In this document: in pieces, positions 1 through 10,200 of the stretch
How positions within the stretch are numbered: position 1 is the first letter of the stretch
How the letters are laid out: every line of letters starts with the position of its first letter
From: Candidatus Poribacteria bacterium
GTDB taxonomy: Bacteria > Poribacteria > WGA-4E > WGA-3G
Reading direction: 5' to 3'
DNA length: 64,000 nt
Assembly: GCA_965208635.1 (NCBI GenBank)
Contig: OZ242349.1
Location: forward strand, 4,925,696 to 4,989,695
Program-made: the position numbers and the translations under genes
Notes under the pieces: generated by a model
The model's database searches: none
Told to the model about the DNA's origin: nothing
Seen by the model: the letters and a program-made list of their open reading frames with translations, nothing else

Positions 1-40
1 ACTGGCTTGTTCCGTTGGCATATCGTTAAAAGAAGACTCC

Positions 41-865
41 TTACTTGAAAAATGGAAAGAGGGTGGGGATATTGTCTGCGGTGAGTGCGGAACCGTACTC
101 GCATCCTTCAAATGCCTCAGCATACTTGATTTGTGCTCCGGCTTCTTCGCCATAGAGTGCTATTAGCACATCTCGATGCTTTTCGGCAACATCCTGGAAA
201 CGATTTAACAAGCGTTCAGCAAGCCACGCACGCCGTTCCGATGCCCCAATAGGGACGGAGTCTAATGAACCGCCGTTGTAAGGAAGCCATTCGTAAAACT
301 GCGATACATGACAGTGGAGCATATCAATCTTCTGTTCAACGACAGCATCAATGCCTACAACGACATCTGGCGTGAACGGGTTGGGCTTCATGAAACCGTC
401 GCTCAAATAGGTAATAACGGGATTTTTATTCAAATGTGGTGTAAGCGCACAGATATTCGGCACGGTAACCATGTATGCCGCGTCCTGAACCAAGATCGAC
501 GTATACCGGTGGTCAGGATGATAATCGTTGGGTCGGTGGGTCATGATTAAATCTGGACGGAATTCACGAATGGCGCGAATAATCTTATATCGATTTTCTA
601 ACGTCGGCATAAGTTCACCATCGTGATTGTCCAATAATTCATATTCAATACCGACGACTTCAGCGGCGGCTTGCGCTTCTTTATATCGCCGCTGCGCCAA
701 AGGAGCACCACCCATCTCGTGATGCCCTGCATCACCGTTCGTAACTGAGACAAATTTAACGCGATGTCCCTGTTGCGTATACAAGGCAGCGACGCCGCCT
801 GCTTTTATATCACAGTCATCGGGATGCGCCCCGAAAACCAAGACATTTATCTGTTTTTTTGACAT
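41..865 (-). CDS. PIG-L/LmbE family N-acetylglucosaminyl deacetylase
   Basis: N-terminal VFGAHPDDCDI motif (the HPDD zinc-binding signature of LmbE/PIG-L); ATG start at 863-865; 274 aa. Confidence 0.65.
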   Translation of the reverse strand: MSKKQINVLVFGAHPDDCDIKAGGVAALYTQQGHRVKFVSVTNGDAGHHEMGGAPLAQRRYKEAQAAAEVVGIEYELLDNHDGELMPTLENRYKIIRAIREFRPDLIMTHRPNDYHPDHRYTSILVQDAAYMVTVPNICALTPHLNKNPVITYLSDGFMKPNPFTPDVVVGIDAVVEQKIDMLHCHVSQFYEWLPYNGGSLDSVPIGASERRAWLAERLLNRFQDVAEKHRDVLIALYGEEAGAQIKYAEAFEGCEYGSALTADNIPTLFPFFK

Positions 866-885
866 TTTTTTCCCACTTTTAGGAC

Positions 886-1365
886 ATGATTAAAAATATG
901 AAAAACTGGAAAGTTGAAGTCTCTTATAAACCTGAAGTCCCCGATACCGTTGGACAAGGCATACTTGAGGATATAACCGATCTGGGTATCAGTGGCATTG
1001 ATTCTGTCCGCACAGCCACAGCCTACTGGATCGAAGGATCTCTCGACGCTGAAACCATTGACCGAATCGGAACTGAGCTCCTCGCTGATCCCATTACACA
1101 AGTCTACACTTTCGGACGTGAAAATGATACCGAGACAGATTGGACCCTTGAAGTGCAATTCAAGCCCGGTGTTACGGACGCAGTCGGTGATAGCACCGTC
1201 AAAGGCATCACAGACTTAGGCATCGCGGGTGTCGCTGTCGTTCGCACGGGACATAAATATTGGTTCACTGGTACCCTAAATGCGGAAACTCTTGAAACAA
1301 TCGCCCAGCGACTGCTCATGAACGAGGTCATCCAAACATTCTCCTATCAAGCACCATCACCATAA
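886..1365 (+). CDS. purS: Tandemly duplicated PurS (FGAM synthase PurS subunit) fusion, two ~78-aa PurS-like halves
   Basis: Two internal repeats (KVEVSYKPEVPDTVGQGILEDITDLGISGIDSVRTATAYWIEGSL... and TLEVQFKPGVTDAVGDSTVKGITDLGIAGVAVVRTGHKYWFTGTL...) each matching the PurS fold pattern (K-PGV-D-G--V...LG...V.DVR-G); ATG at 886. Confidence 0.55.
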   Translation: MIKNMKNWKVEVSYKPEVPDTVGQGILEDITDLGISGIDSVRTATAYWIEGSLDAETIDRIGTELLADPITQVYTFGRENDTETDWTLEVQFKPGVTDAVGDSTVKGITDLGIAGVAVVRTGHKYWFTGTLNAETLETIAQRLLMNEVIQTFSYQAPSP

Positions 1366-1429
1366 CGCTCCGGACGTTTAGCTCTCCGATAAGCGTAAAC
1401 GCTCAATCCTTACATCTCCCTGTAGGAGC

Positions 1430-1510
1430 GAGTGTTTTTGCTTGGGGTGTTTTTGCTTGGGGTTTTTGCTTGGGTGTTTCCTCAATTTCCCCAATTTCTT
1501 CAATTTCTTC
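1430..1510. repeat. Non-coding element with 3 tandem copies of GTGTTTTTGCTTGGG followed by CAATTTCYY repeats; a second copy is at 30600-30690
   Basis: Read directly; the reverse complement is about 85% identical to 30617-30685. Confidence 0.55.
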
Positions 1511-1533
1511 ATGCTCGCGATCTCCTGAGGAAA

Positions 1534-2355
1534 CTAACTTGCATACACTCGAATCACTGTACCTAAGTGAAATCGGACGAGTGCAGCAGTCGCAACTTGA
1601 CGAAGTGCGAAACCGACACCGGCTATCGGACTCACGCGCTTCGGTTTCCCCAACGTAATGTCCCGAAAACCGTGCTTCCGCAGTAATTTTGGTAAGGAAC
1701 GCGCAGAGAAATAGTAGAGATGATCGTGCGGGTGGACATAGGGCCACTCCGCTTTCTGAAGACGGCTCTGTAAACCCTCACCGTTCGGCACTTCGATAAC
1801 AAGCGTCCCCGTCTGAGGCTTCAGGACCCGGCGTAACTCACTGAGGAGTGGATTTAATTCCGAGATATGCTCCAACACATGGTAGAGCGTAATCGCATCA
1901 AAGTGGGCAGATGGGAAATTCGCATCAAAGACCTCCCCACACTTCACATCTAACTTATACATTTCCTGTGCAAAAGCACTACCACTCTTGGATGGCTCAA
2001 CGCCGTGCGATTCCCAACTCTGTTCGCGCGCGAGGCGGAGGAACGTTCCAATACCACATCCGACATCTAAGAGCCGCCCCTTACCCTGATGGTGTTTCTC
2101 CAACTCCGATAGACGTTCCGCCATCTGTAACCATTCCATGTTATCCGTATGGATGCGCTCTACTTTATCCGGCGGATAGTAGGTCTCAACATACTCGTCT
2201 TCAAGCCTCTGACGATTGACTCTCGGATTGACATACCGCAAGAAACATCGCTTGCAGACGACCACCGATAAGGTGTCCTTACTGAACAGTTCTTCCGTTT
2301 CATCCCGTTCGCAAATTGGACAGTTGATACGTTCGAGATTCTCTGTTTTCATCAT
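1534..2355 (-). CDS. Class I SAM-dependent methyltransferase with N-terminal zinc-ribbon (CPIC...CKRC)
   Basis: LLDVGCGIGTF glycine-rich SAM-binding motif I; CxxC...CxxC in the first 40 aa; ATG start. Confidence 0.6.
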   Translation of the reverse strand: MMKTENLERINCPICERDETEELFSKDTLSVVVCKRCFLRYVNPRVNRQRLEDEYVETYYPPDKVERIHTDNMEWLQMAERLSELEKHHQGKGRLLDVGCGIGTFLRLAREQSWESHGVEPSKSGSAFAQEMYKLDVKCGEVFDANFPSAHFDAITLYHVLEHISELNPLLSELRRVLKPQTGTLVIEVPNGEGLQSRLQKAEWPYVHPHDHLYYFSARSLPKLLRKHGFRDITLGKPKRVSPIAGVGFALRQVATAALVRFHLGTVIRVYAS

Positions 2356-2381
2356 TCTGTAGGAGGGATTTGTAATCCCGA

Positions 2382-3350
2382 TTAAAAATACGGAACTCCC
2401 TGTGCTTCCACATAAACCGCGTAGAGAGACTGGCTACCCATCATAAACAGTCGATTCCTTTTCACACCACCGAAGCAGAGGTTTGCACAAATTTCTGGGA
2501 GATGAATTTGCCCGATACGTGTTCCGTCTGGTGCGAAAACATGTACCCCATCGTATCCATCGCCAGCCCAGCCAGCACTCGCCCACAGGTTTCCATCGAC
2601 ATCACACCGAATACCGTCAGCAATACCGGGCGATGTATCACAGAACACCTCCTGCTTGCCCAACCTCTCGCCATTTATTACGTCATAGACGAAGAGATGC
2701 CGCGGTGTTCCCTCTTTATGCGTAATCCCCGTATCCACGAGATAGAGTTTCTCATAATCGGGCGAAAAACAGATACCGTTCGGTTTCTCGAGTTCATCCG
2801 TTGCAATGGTCGCTTCTCCAGTATCGGGATTCAGGCGATACACGCAGGTCGGCAATTCAAATTCAGCGACATGGCCTTCATAGTTGAGCATAATCCCGTA
2901 TCCGGGATCGGTAAACCAGACATGCCCATCGGGATGGACGGCGACATCGTTCGGTGCGTTGAGCGGTTTTCCATCAAAGCTGTCCATCAGCACGGTAATC
3001 GTTCCATCGTATTCGGTTCGCGTGACACGCCGTGCGCCATGTTCACAACTGACGAGCCGTCCTTGTCGATCGCGGGTATGCCCATTGGTATAGTTCGAGG
3101 GTTTGCGATAGACGCTCACATCGCCGGTGGATTCCTCCCATTTCAGAATCCGGTTGTTCGGAATATCGCTCCAGAGCAGATAGCCGCCGTCGCCGAACCA
3201 AGCAGGTCCCTCTGCCCAACGCGAACCTGTCCATAACCGTTCGACGACAGAATTACCGATTGTATATTTCCCGAAACGGGGGTCTAATGCCTCAATTGCC
3301 GGATCTGGATAGCGGACAATTGAATCATCCCATTTTCTTTCTGTACGCAT
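2382..3350 (-). CDS. SMP-30/gluconolactonase/LRE-like beta-propeller hydrolase
   Basis: Overall SGL-family pattern (GEGPAW, repeated D..G.LY/W blades). The ORF track starts at a TTG at 3392; I prefer the ATG at 3348-3350 (MRTERKW), which has a GGAG 6 nt upstream on the coding strand. Confidence 0.55.
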   Translation of the reverse strand: MRTERKWDDSIVRYPDPAIEALDPRFGKYTIGNSVVERLWTGSRWAEGPAWFGDGGYLLWSDIPNNRILKWEESTGDVSVYRKPSNYTNGHTRDRQGRLVSCEHGARRVTRTEYDGTITVLMDSFDGKPLNAPNDVAVHPDGHVWFTDPGYGIMLNYEGHVAEFELPTCVYRLNPDTGEATIATDELEKPNGICFSPDYEKLYLVDTGITHKEGTPRHLFVYDVINGERLGKQEVFCDTSPGIADGIRCDVDGNLWASAGWAGDGYDGVHVFAPDGTRIGQIHLPEICANLCFGGVKRNRLFMMGSQSLYAVYVEAQGVPYF

Positions 3351-3444
3351 GCAAAACTCCTTACAAATAGCATTGCAAACAGTATACCACAAATTGAGAA
3401 GTTCTACACAGAAAATCTCAGGGGTAATCTTTGTTTTCCCAAGT

Positions 3445-3472
3445 CCGGTAGGTGCGGTTTCCCAACCGCACC
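3445..3472. repeat. REP-like hairpin CCGGTAGGTGCGGTT-loop-AACCGCACC (family copy 1 of 4)
   Basis: 9-bp perfect stem. The same element occurs at 6865-6891, 17445-17472 and 24494-24521. It sits in a divergent intergenic region, so it is not acting as a terminator here. Confidence 0.5.
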
Positions 3473-3574
3473 TTTTCGCTTTTCTTTTTTATACGCGCAT
3501 GATACAATTACTTTGAATGAACACAATACTATGGCTTTCGTAGAAATCAAGTTATACTACAAATAAAGATATCT

Positions 3575-6500
3575 ATGTTAAATAAAAACACATCCCTAAA
3601 ATCTGGTATCCGAGATAACCTCCTACGTGAAACAGTCCACGATTTTCTACAACAAGAAATTAAGAACGGTTCCGCACTCTCCATCGTCTCCGCCTACTTC
3701 ACCATTTATGCCTACGAAAAGATGCAACACTCCCTGGATAAAATAGAGGAACTCCGTTTTCTTTTTGGGGACCCTGATTTTGTCAAACGTATGGATCCGA
3801 ATAACACAGATACAAAAGCGTTTGATATGACGGATACAGGTCTACAACTCAACCAGCAACTCCGACAGAAACCGATTGCCAAAGCGTGTGCCGAATGGAT
3901 AAACGAGAAGGTAGAAATCCGTACGACCCGCGAATCTAATCTGATACACGGGAAAATGTACCACATCACCAATAACGGCGTTGACAAAGCAATTCTGGGT
4001 AGCTCCAACTTTACGGTGCGCGGACTCGGACTCAGTTCAAATAACAGCAACATTGAACTGAATCTTGAAGTGGATAGCGACCGAGACCGAACCGACCTCA
4101 AGGCGTGGTTTGATGAACTCTGGAATAACGATCAACTCGTTGAAGATGTGAAAAATAAAGTCCTCGCAAAACTGAAGCAGATAGGGCAAGATCACCCACC
4201 AGAACTCGTCTATTACAAAACCCTATACGAACTTTTCCGTGAAGAAATTGAGACCCGACAGACAAACGAACAGACCCTTGAGGATATACATCTATACGAC
4301 ACAAAAATTTGGGGCAAGTTATACGATTTTCAAAAAGAGGGCGCGAAAAGTGTTATTGCTCGGCTGCTGCGACACAACGGTTGTATTTTGGCGGATAGCG
4401 TCGGATTAGGAAAAACATACACTGCACTCGCCGTCATCAAGTTTTTTGAATTGCGAAACGAACGTGTCCTTGTTCTCTGCCCGAAAAAACTCCGCGAAAA
4501 TTGGGCACGCTACCCGGCACATAACTCACAAGCATCCAATGAGTTCCTCGATGATAAGTTCGGATACACCTTACTCTCGCACACCGACCTATCCAGATAC
4601 AGTGGTGATTCTGGCGGTGTCAATCTATCAGATTTCAATTGGCAGAATTTTGACCTGATTGTTATTGACGAATCCCACAACTTCCGAAATGACACCAAAC
4701 CCCGTGAGGACAAAGATGGCAGCTTCCGTCATAGCCGTTATTCCCGCCTATTAGAGGAGGTCATCAAAGAAGGCACAAAAACCAAAGTGTTGATGCTCTC
4801 CGCGACGCCCGTGAATACTTCACTCACTGACCTCCGCAATCAGATATATCTCATGACAGAAAAACGTGAGGATGTCTTTAGAAACAGTTTGGGGGTTAGC
4901 AATATCCGCACTTTAATACGACAGGCGCAAAAAGCCTTCAAGACGTGGGAAGAGAACACCACCAGAGATGGCACAAGAGATAAAACAGAATTATTTAATA
5001 CGTTAGGGGTAGAATTTTTTCAACTCCTCGGCGGCGTTTCTATTGCGCGTTCCCGAAGGCATATCATAAAATACTATGCCGAAGAAATAAAAAAAATTGG
5101 TGAATTCCCTACACAACTCGATCCAGTCAATTGCCATCCACCTACCGATCTGTCAGGCGAACTTTCATATAAAGTGTTGGCGGATCAGATTGGTGATTTC
5201 GAGTTGTCCATCTATAGACCCTCCAGTTACGTTGTAGATGAAACAGCAAAACAGCGGTTAGCAGATGAAAAACAGAAATTCCGTTTCAATCAGGAGGATC
5301 GTGAGAAATTCCTTATCGGTATGATGCAGACCAATTTCCTCAAACGGCTGGAAAGTTCTGCTTACTCCCTTTCCAAAACGCTTGAACGCACCATCAACAA
5401 ACACGATGAAATGCTGGAGAAGATTGACCGCTTCCAGAAAAACCAAAATATAGCAGACGCAGGCGCCGATGTCCTTCCCGATGATGATGAAGACGATGAG
5501 GAATTTTTAATCAATCGTGCCAGAAATCCCTACCATCTAAAAGAATTGGATTGCACCCGCTGGAAACAGGACATCAACCAAGATAAACAGACATTAACCG
5601 CTGTGTTGGAAAAAGTGAAATCCATCACATCAGAACGGGATGGAAAACTGAAAGAGATTAAAAAACACATCCGAGATAAGGTGCTAAATGCAACAAAAGA
5701 TAAGGACGGAAACCCCAATCGCAAACTGCTCATCTTTACCACCTTCAAGGATACGGCAGAATATCTCTATGATCACTTGTCTGAACTCATATCGGAATTA
5801 GGGCTGAATATGGCACTCGTTTCTGGAGATATGACGCGAACGACCTGCGGAGAAAATAAATTCAACGATATTCTTACGAACTTTGCCCCCCGCGCAAGAG
5901 GACGTTCTGAGGACATCAGCGACAACATAGACCTGATGATTGCGACAGACTGTATCTCAGAAGGGCAAAACCTTCAGGACTGCGATACCGTTCTAAACTA
6001 CGATATACACTGGAATCCCGTCCGTATTATTCAACGGTTCGGGCGGATTGATAGGATCGGTAGCAATAATGTCTCAGTCAAGATGATTAACTATTGGCCC
6101 ACAGAAGATATGGAGGTCTATCTCCGTCTACGAAATCGCGTTGAATCCCGAATGGCACTCGCCGATGCCACCGCAAGTGGTGATGACGACCCGTTGAATG
6201 AATGGGCTTACGAACAGGCACAGATGGAACTCAACTTCCGGGACAAGCAGTTGGAGCGGCTCCGCGAAGAGGTACTCGATCTGGATGACCTCTCTGACGG
6301 TGTAGTAATGAGCGACTTTACATTAGATTATTTCTTTGCGCAACTCCTGAAGTATCTCGAAAGAAACAGAGCAAAACTTGAGGCAACATCAGACGGTGCT
6401 TATGCCGTTACCAATAACGAAAACAATCCCTCGGAAAACGGTGTCATCTTCTTTCTCCAACAGACCAACGCCAGCACAAATAAACAGGAAAAAACCGCCA

Positions 6501-6853
6501 GTCCCATCCACCCTTACTACGCCGTTTACATCCGAGACAGTGGGGATATCCGTTACGGGTGTATCAATGCGAAACAGGTGTTGGATCTATTTGAGACATC
6601 TGCCGTTGGGAAAGAGGACGCAATAGATGATTTATGTCTCTGGTTTGACCAAGAGACGGAATACGGCGATAACATGACACATTACAACAAACTTTTAGAC
6701 GCCGTCATTTCGCATATCACACGGTCACATACGAAGACACAAAGCCAAATTTTGAAGAGTGGGAGTCCTCGCGACGCAAAACTGACACCCGCATCCAAAG
6801 CCCCTAAAGACACTGGCGATTTCAAGTTGGTGACATGGCTGATTATCACATGA
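3575..6853 (+). CDS. Fused PLD-family nuclease domain (single HKD motif) plus SNF2-family DEAH-box helicase
   Basis: HGKMYHITNNGVDKAILGSSNFT (HxK...GSxN PLD signature) near residue 125. Helicase motifs: I DSVGLGKT, II DESH, III LSATP, C-terminal helicase domain with QRFGRIDRIG (motif VI). 1092 aa, ATG start. Confidence 0.8.
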   Translation: MLNKNTSLKSGIRDNLLRETVHDFLQQEIKNGSALSIVSAYFTIYAYEKMQHSLDKIEELRFLFGDPDFVKRMDPNNTDTKAFDMTDTGLQLNQQLRQKPIAKACAEWINEKVEIRTTRESNLIHGKMYHITNNGVDKAILGSSNFTVRGLGLSSNNSNIELNLEVDSDRDRTDLKAWFDELWNNDQLVEDVKNKVLAKLKQIGQDHPPELVYYKTLYELFREEIETRQTNEQTLEDIHLYDTKIWGKLYDFQKEGAKSVIARLLRHNGCILADSVGLGKTYTALAVIKFFELRNERVLVLCPKKLRENWARYPAHNSQASNEFLDDKFGYTLLSHTDLSRYSGDSGGVNLSDFNWQNFDLIVIDESHNFRNDTKPREDKDGSFRHSRYSRLLEEVIKEGTKTKVLMLSATPVNTSLTDLRNQIYLMTEKREDVFRNSLGVSNIRTLIRQAQKAFKTWEENTTRDGTRDKTELFNTLGVEFFQLLGGVSIARSRRHIIKYYAEEIKKIGEFPTQLDPVNCHPPTDLSGELSYKVLADQIGDFELSIYRPSSYVVDETAKQRLADEKQKFRFNQEDREKFLIGMMQTNFLKRLESSAYSLSKTLERTINKHDEMLEKIDRFQKNQNIADAGADVLPDDDEDDEEFLINRARNPYHLKELDCTRWKQDINQDKQTLTAVLEKVKSITSERDGKLKEIKKHIRDKVLNATKDKDGNPNRKLLIFTTFKDTAEYLYDHLSELISELGLNMALVSGDMTRTTCGENKFNDILTNFAPRARGRSEDISDNIDLMIATDCISEGQNLQDCDTVLNYDIHWNPVRIIQRFGRIDRIGSNNVSVKMINYWPTEDMEVYLRLRNRVESRMALADATASGDDDPLNEWAYEQAQMELNFRDKQLERLREEVLDLDDLSDGVVMSDFTLDYFFAQLLKYLERNRAKLEATSDGAYAVTNNENNPSENGVIFFLQQTNASTNKQEKTASPIHPYYAVYIRDSGDIRYGCINAKQVLDLFETSAVGKEDAIDDLCLWFDQETEYGDNMTHYNKLLDAVISHITRSHTKTQSQILKSGSPRDAKLTPASKAPKDTGDFKLVTWLIIT

Positions 6854-6864
6854 TTAACCCGTCC

Positions 6865-6891
6865 CCGGTAGGTGCGGTTTTTAACCGCACT
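6865..6891. repeat. REP-like hairpin, copy 2 (GGTGCGGTT ttt AACCGCAC), 12 nt after the helicase stop
   Basis: Read directly; it may also act as a transcript 3' stem-loop, but there is no T-tract. Confidence 0.5.
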
Positions 6892-6928
6892 ATAGGTGTC
6901 AATTTAAGAAAAATTGCATCATGGCATC

Positions 6929-7169
6929 GTAGGTTGGGTTGAACGGGGAATACCAGAGTCCAGTGAATTGAAAGAAACAGTACGCCTTCTCTATACACCT
7001 TCCATTTCAGAGATATGGAGTGAAACCCAACGTCTTTGCGGTTCCCGAAACGCTGCGGGTATGAAGTTGGGTTTCACTCTGTTCTTGGGTATATCCGAGG
7101 CTGTGTTGGATTTCAGGGATATTTGGAACATCGGCATCTGCCTTCTAAGTTCCGTTCAACCCAACCTAC
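6929..7169. mobile_element. MITE-like element (~241 bp) with terminal inverted repeats GTAGGTTGGGTTGAACG / CGTTCAACCCAACCTAC and an internal inverted pair GTGAAACCCAACG / GTTGGGTTTCAC; copy 1 of 2
   Basis: Perfect 16-17 bp terminal inverted repeats; a homologous copy sits at 14726-14957 with shared internal blocks. It lies between the helicase and methyltransferase genes and has no coding potential (ORF 6914..7177 is spurious). Confidence 0.55.
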
Positions 7170-7261
7170 AGTACTAAATTGACACCTATGGTGCAGAAAA
7201 TAATAACATCGGGCGGATAAAGCCCTCCAAAAAGAGGAGTCTGTTATAGGAACACAAAATT

Positions 7262-10200
7262 ATGAACAAAGAAGCAATCAAAGCCGCACTATCCGCAATA
7301 CCGACCGGTGACTTTTTAGAAAAGTCAAAAGACCTGCTCGGCACAATAGGCTACCGCAGTGAACTCACCCTTGAACTTTCCGGCACCGTCCACGACTTTT
7401 TTGACGAATTTCCACCACTCAACCCGAACACCAAAACCGAACAGGAATTCCGAAAACACGCTGAATCCGTGCAACTCGTGTTCCAATTCACAAGCGACGA
7501 AATCGCTGATGATCCACAGGGAACACTTTTTGAATCCGCTTCCTTCGACAAAGGAAACATAAAAAGTTTCCTGTTCTGTGCAGTCGAGCTAAAAGACAAC
7601 AACTATTCCCGCACCAAATACGCCGAGTTCACACGAGAAATCAACAAACGTCTGTTCGCACCCACTGTGATTTTATTTCGCGCCGGTAATCATCTGACAG
7701 TTGCATTTGCCGATCGCCGCCCAGACAAAACCGACGAGGACCGCGATGTGCTCGGACAGGTTACCCTCATCAAAGACATCCGTCTCCACAACCCACACCG
7801 CGCACATTTGGACATCCTCTCTGAACTCTCACTTGAAGCGTGCGTCAAGTGGATAGATGAAAAACAAAAACCGAAAAACTTCGACGGTCTACTGGGGGCA
7901 TGGCTCGCCAAACTGGACACCGAAGAACTCAACAAACAGTTCTATCGAAAGCTGTTCGCGTGGTACGAATGGGCAAGAAAAGAAGCAACGTTCCCGACAG
8001 ACGAAAACCGAATCATAGAACCGGAGGAGCATGTAATACGCCTCATCACACGTCTACTCTTCATCTGGTTTATTAAAGAAAAAGGGTTGGTGGCAGATGC
8101 GTTATTCAACAAATCGCAAATCCAAGACCTACTGGCAGAAGACGATTTTGATACCGGAGATTCCTACTATCGCGCCGTGCTACAGAACCTCTTTTTCGCC
8201 ACATTGAACACCGAAATAGACAAACGTAAGTTTAGCACCGTTGGCTACGCCACAAATCGTGATTTCTCGCGTTACCGCTATAAAGCTCAGATGCCTGACC
8301 CCGATAAACTCTTAGAACTGTTTGACCAAACCCCCTTCATCAACGGTGGATTGTTCGATTGTCTGGATAGTTGGGAAGCGACGGGTCAAGAGAGTTACCG
8401 AATCGACTGCTTTTCTGATAATCAGTACCATAAGTTGTCCATCCCCAACCGTCTCTTTTTTCATATAGAGCAAGGATTGATTCCGTTACTTGAGCATTAC
8501 AAATTCACCGTCGAGGAGAACACACCGATAGAGCAAGAGGTGGCATTGGACCCAGAACTACTCGGCAGAGTCTTTGAAAACCTACTTGCTGCCTACAACC
8601 CGGAAACCGGTGCGACGGTGCGAAAACAGACCGGATCCTACTACACCCCACGTGCTATCGTCGATTATATGGTGGAAGAAGCATTGGTCGCCACGTTATC
8701 CCAAAAATGCGATCCAACCGATGGCGACGCGCAACTCTGGAACGAACGGCTACGCTATCTTCTCGACTATGCCCAAGCCTTTGATGATGCCAACGAATGG
8801 TTCGATGATGCTGAAAAAGATGCCGTTGTCCGAGTAATTTCCGAACTCAAGATATTGGATCCCGCAGTGGGTTCCGGTGCATTTCCTATGGGGATGTTGC
8901 ACAAATTAACCCTCGCATTACGCCGACTTGACCCAGACAACACCCGCTGGGAAAAGTTACAGAAGGAACGCGCGCTCCAACGAGCAGAAATAGCGTTTGA
9001 TACACAAGACGACCCAACGCGGCGTGAAGAACTCATCGAAATCGACGAGACTTTCAAACGCTATCGAGACTCAGACTTCGGACGAAAGTTGTATCTCATC
9101 CAAAATAGTATTTTCGGCATAGACATCCAACCCGTGGCGTGCCAGATCGCCAAACTCCGCTTTTTCATATCCCTTGCCATTGAGCAGGAACCCGAGCAGG
9201 ATACACAGAACTTCGGCATCAAACCGTTGCCAAACTTGGAGACGCGCTTTATCGCGGCAAACACACTGATAGGACTCACAGCACAACGGATGCTGACAAG
9301 TAACACCGCGCGAGATTTGGAACGCGAACTGGGTGACAATCGCGAGCGGCATTTTCATGCGACCACCCGTCAACGCAAACGTGAATATCAGCGAAAGGAC
9401 GAGCAACTGCGATCCGAATTGGCAGCGGAGCTAAAAAGCATGGGCACCCCAGCAGATGATGCCGAAAAAATTGCAAAATGGGATCCGTATGACCAGAATG
9501 CCACCGCCGATTGGTTTGATCCTGAATGGATGTTCGGAGTCATAGATGGATTTGATGTGGTGATTGGCAATCCACCCTACATTAGTCATGATAAAATCCC
9601 AAAACAACTTAAAGCCCAAATCAAGAATCATTACCAATCATACGAGCCATTTGCAGACGTATACTGTTATTTTATTGAAAAAACCTTAGAACTACAGAGT
9701 AAGAGGAGCATTCTTAGTTTCATTACCTCAAATTCGTATTTAAGAGCAGAATATGGAGCACCAACCCGCCGCCTATTGCTAAGTAAAAACATACTACTTA
9801 GAATGTTAAATATTGAGGACTCACAGGTCTTCGAGAGTGCAATTGTTAACGTCGCGATAATTGTGTCTCGTACACCGACCAATTCCACTGATGATTCCTG
9901 CCTTGTTGTTAATTCCCCATTTTCAGGTAATAGTTTCGCCGATTTTGTGAAAATCAATGGCTTTAACTATCCTCAATCATACTTTAACTCAAAGTCATGG
10001 AATCTCGCAGAACCGCAGCTGATTGAACTTCAAAAGAAACTGGAATTATCAGGAAAAACTCTTAAAGAGTTTCAGACGAAAATTAGACTTGGTATTGCTA
10101 CTGGTAGCAACGAAGCTTTTCTCATAAATGAAGATCAAAAACGGGAATTTTATGAGAAAAATCCTGTCAATGCTGAAATCATAAAACCTATTTTGAGGGG

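Noticed and set aside
1403-1747. 114-aa ORF and 30522..30713 63-aa ORF across the tandem-repeat elements
   Set aside because: Their frames are not conserved between the two element copies and the peptides are low-complexity (PQAKT/KNTP).
2502-3236. Long antisense ORFs inside large genes (for example 2502..3236, 13358..14023, 17826..18443, 21525..22157, 19538..20068, 16832..17137)
   Set aside because: They are shadow ORFs opposite well-supported CDSs, with no RBS and no domain signatures.
3445-3472. Hairpin at 3445 as an intrinsic terminator
   Set aside because: It lies between divergently transcribed genes, and the same sequence recurs 4 times. A REP-like repeat is a better explanation, although copies 2 and 3 may also stabilise 3' ends.
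6914-7177. 87-aa ORF (and 14855..15193, 112 aa) inside the MITE copies
   Set aside because: The two element copies do not conserve a reading frame; the ORFs are by-products of the inverted-repeat structure.
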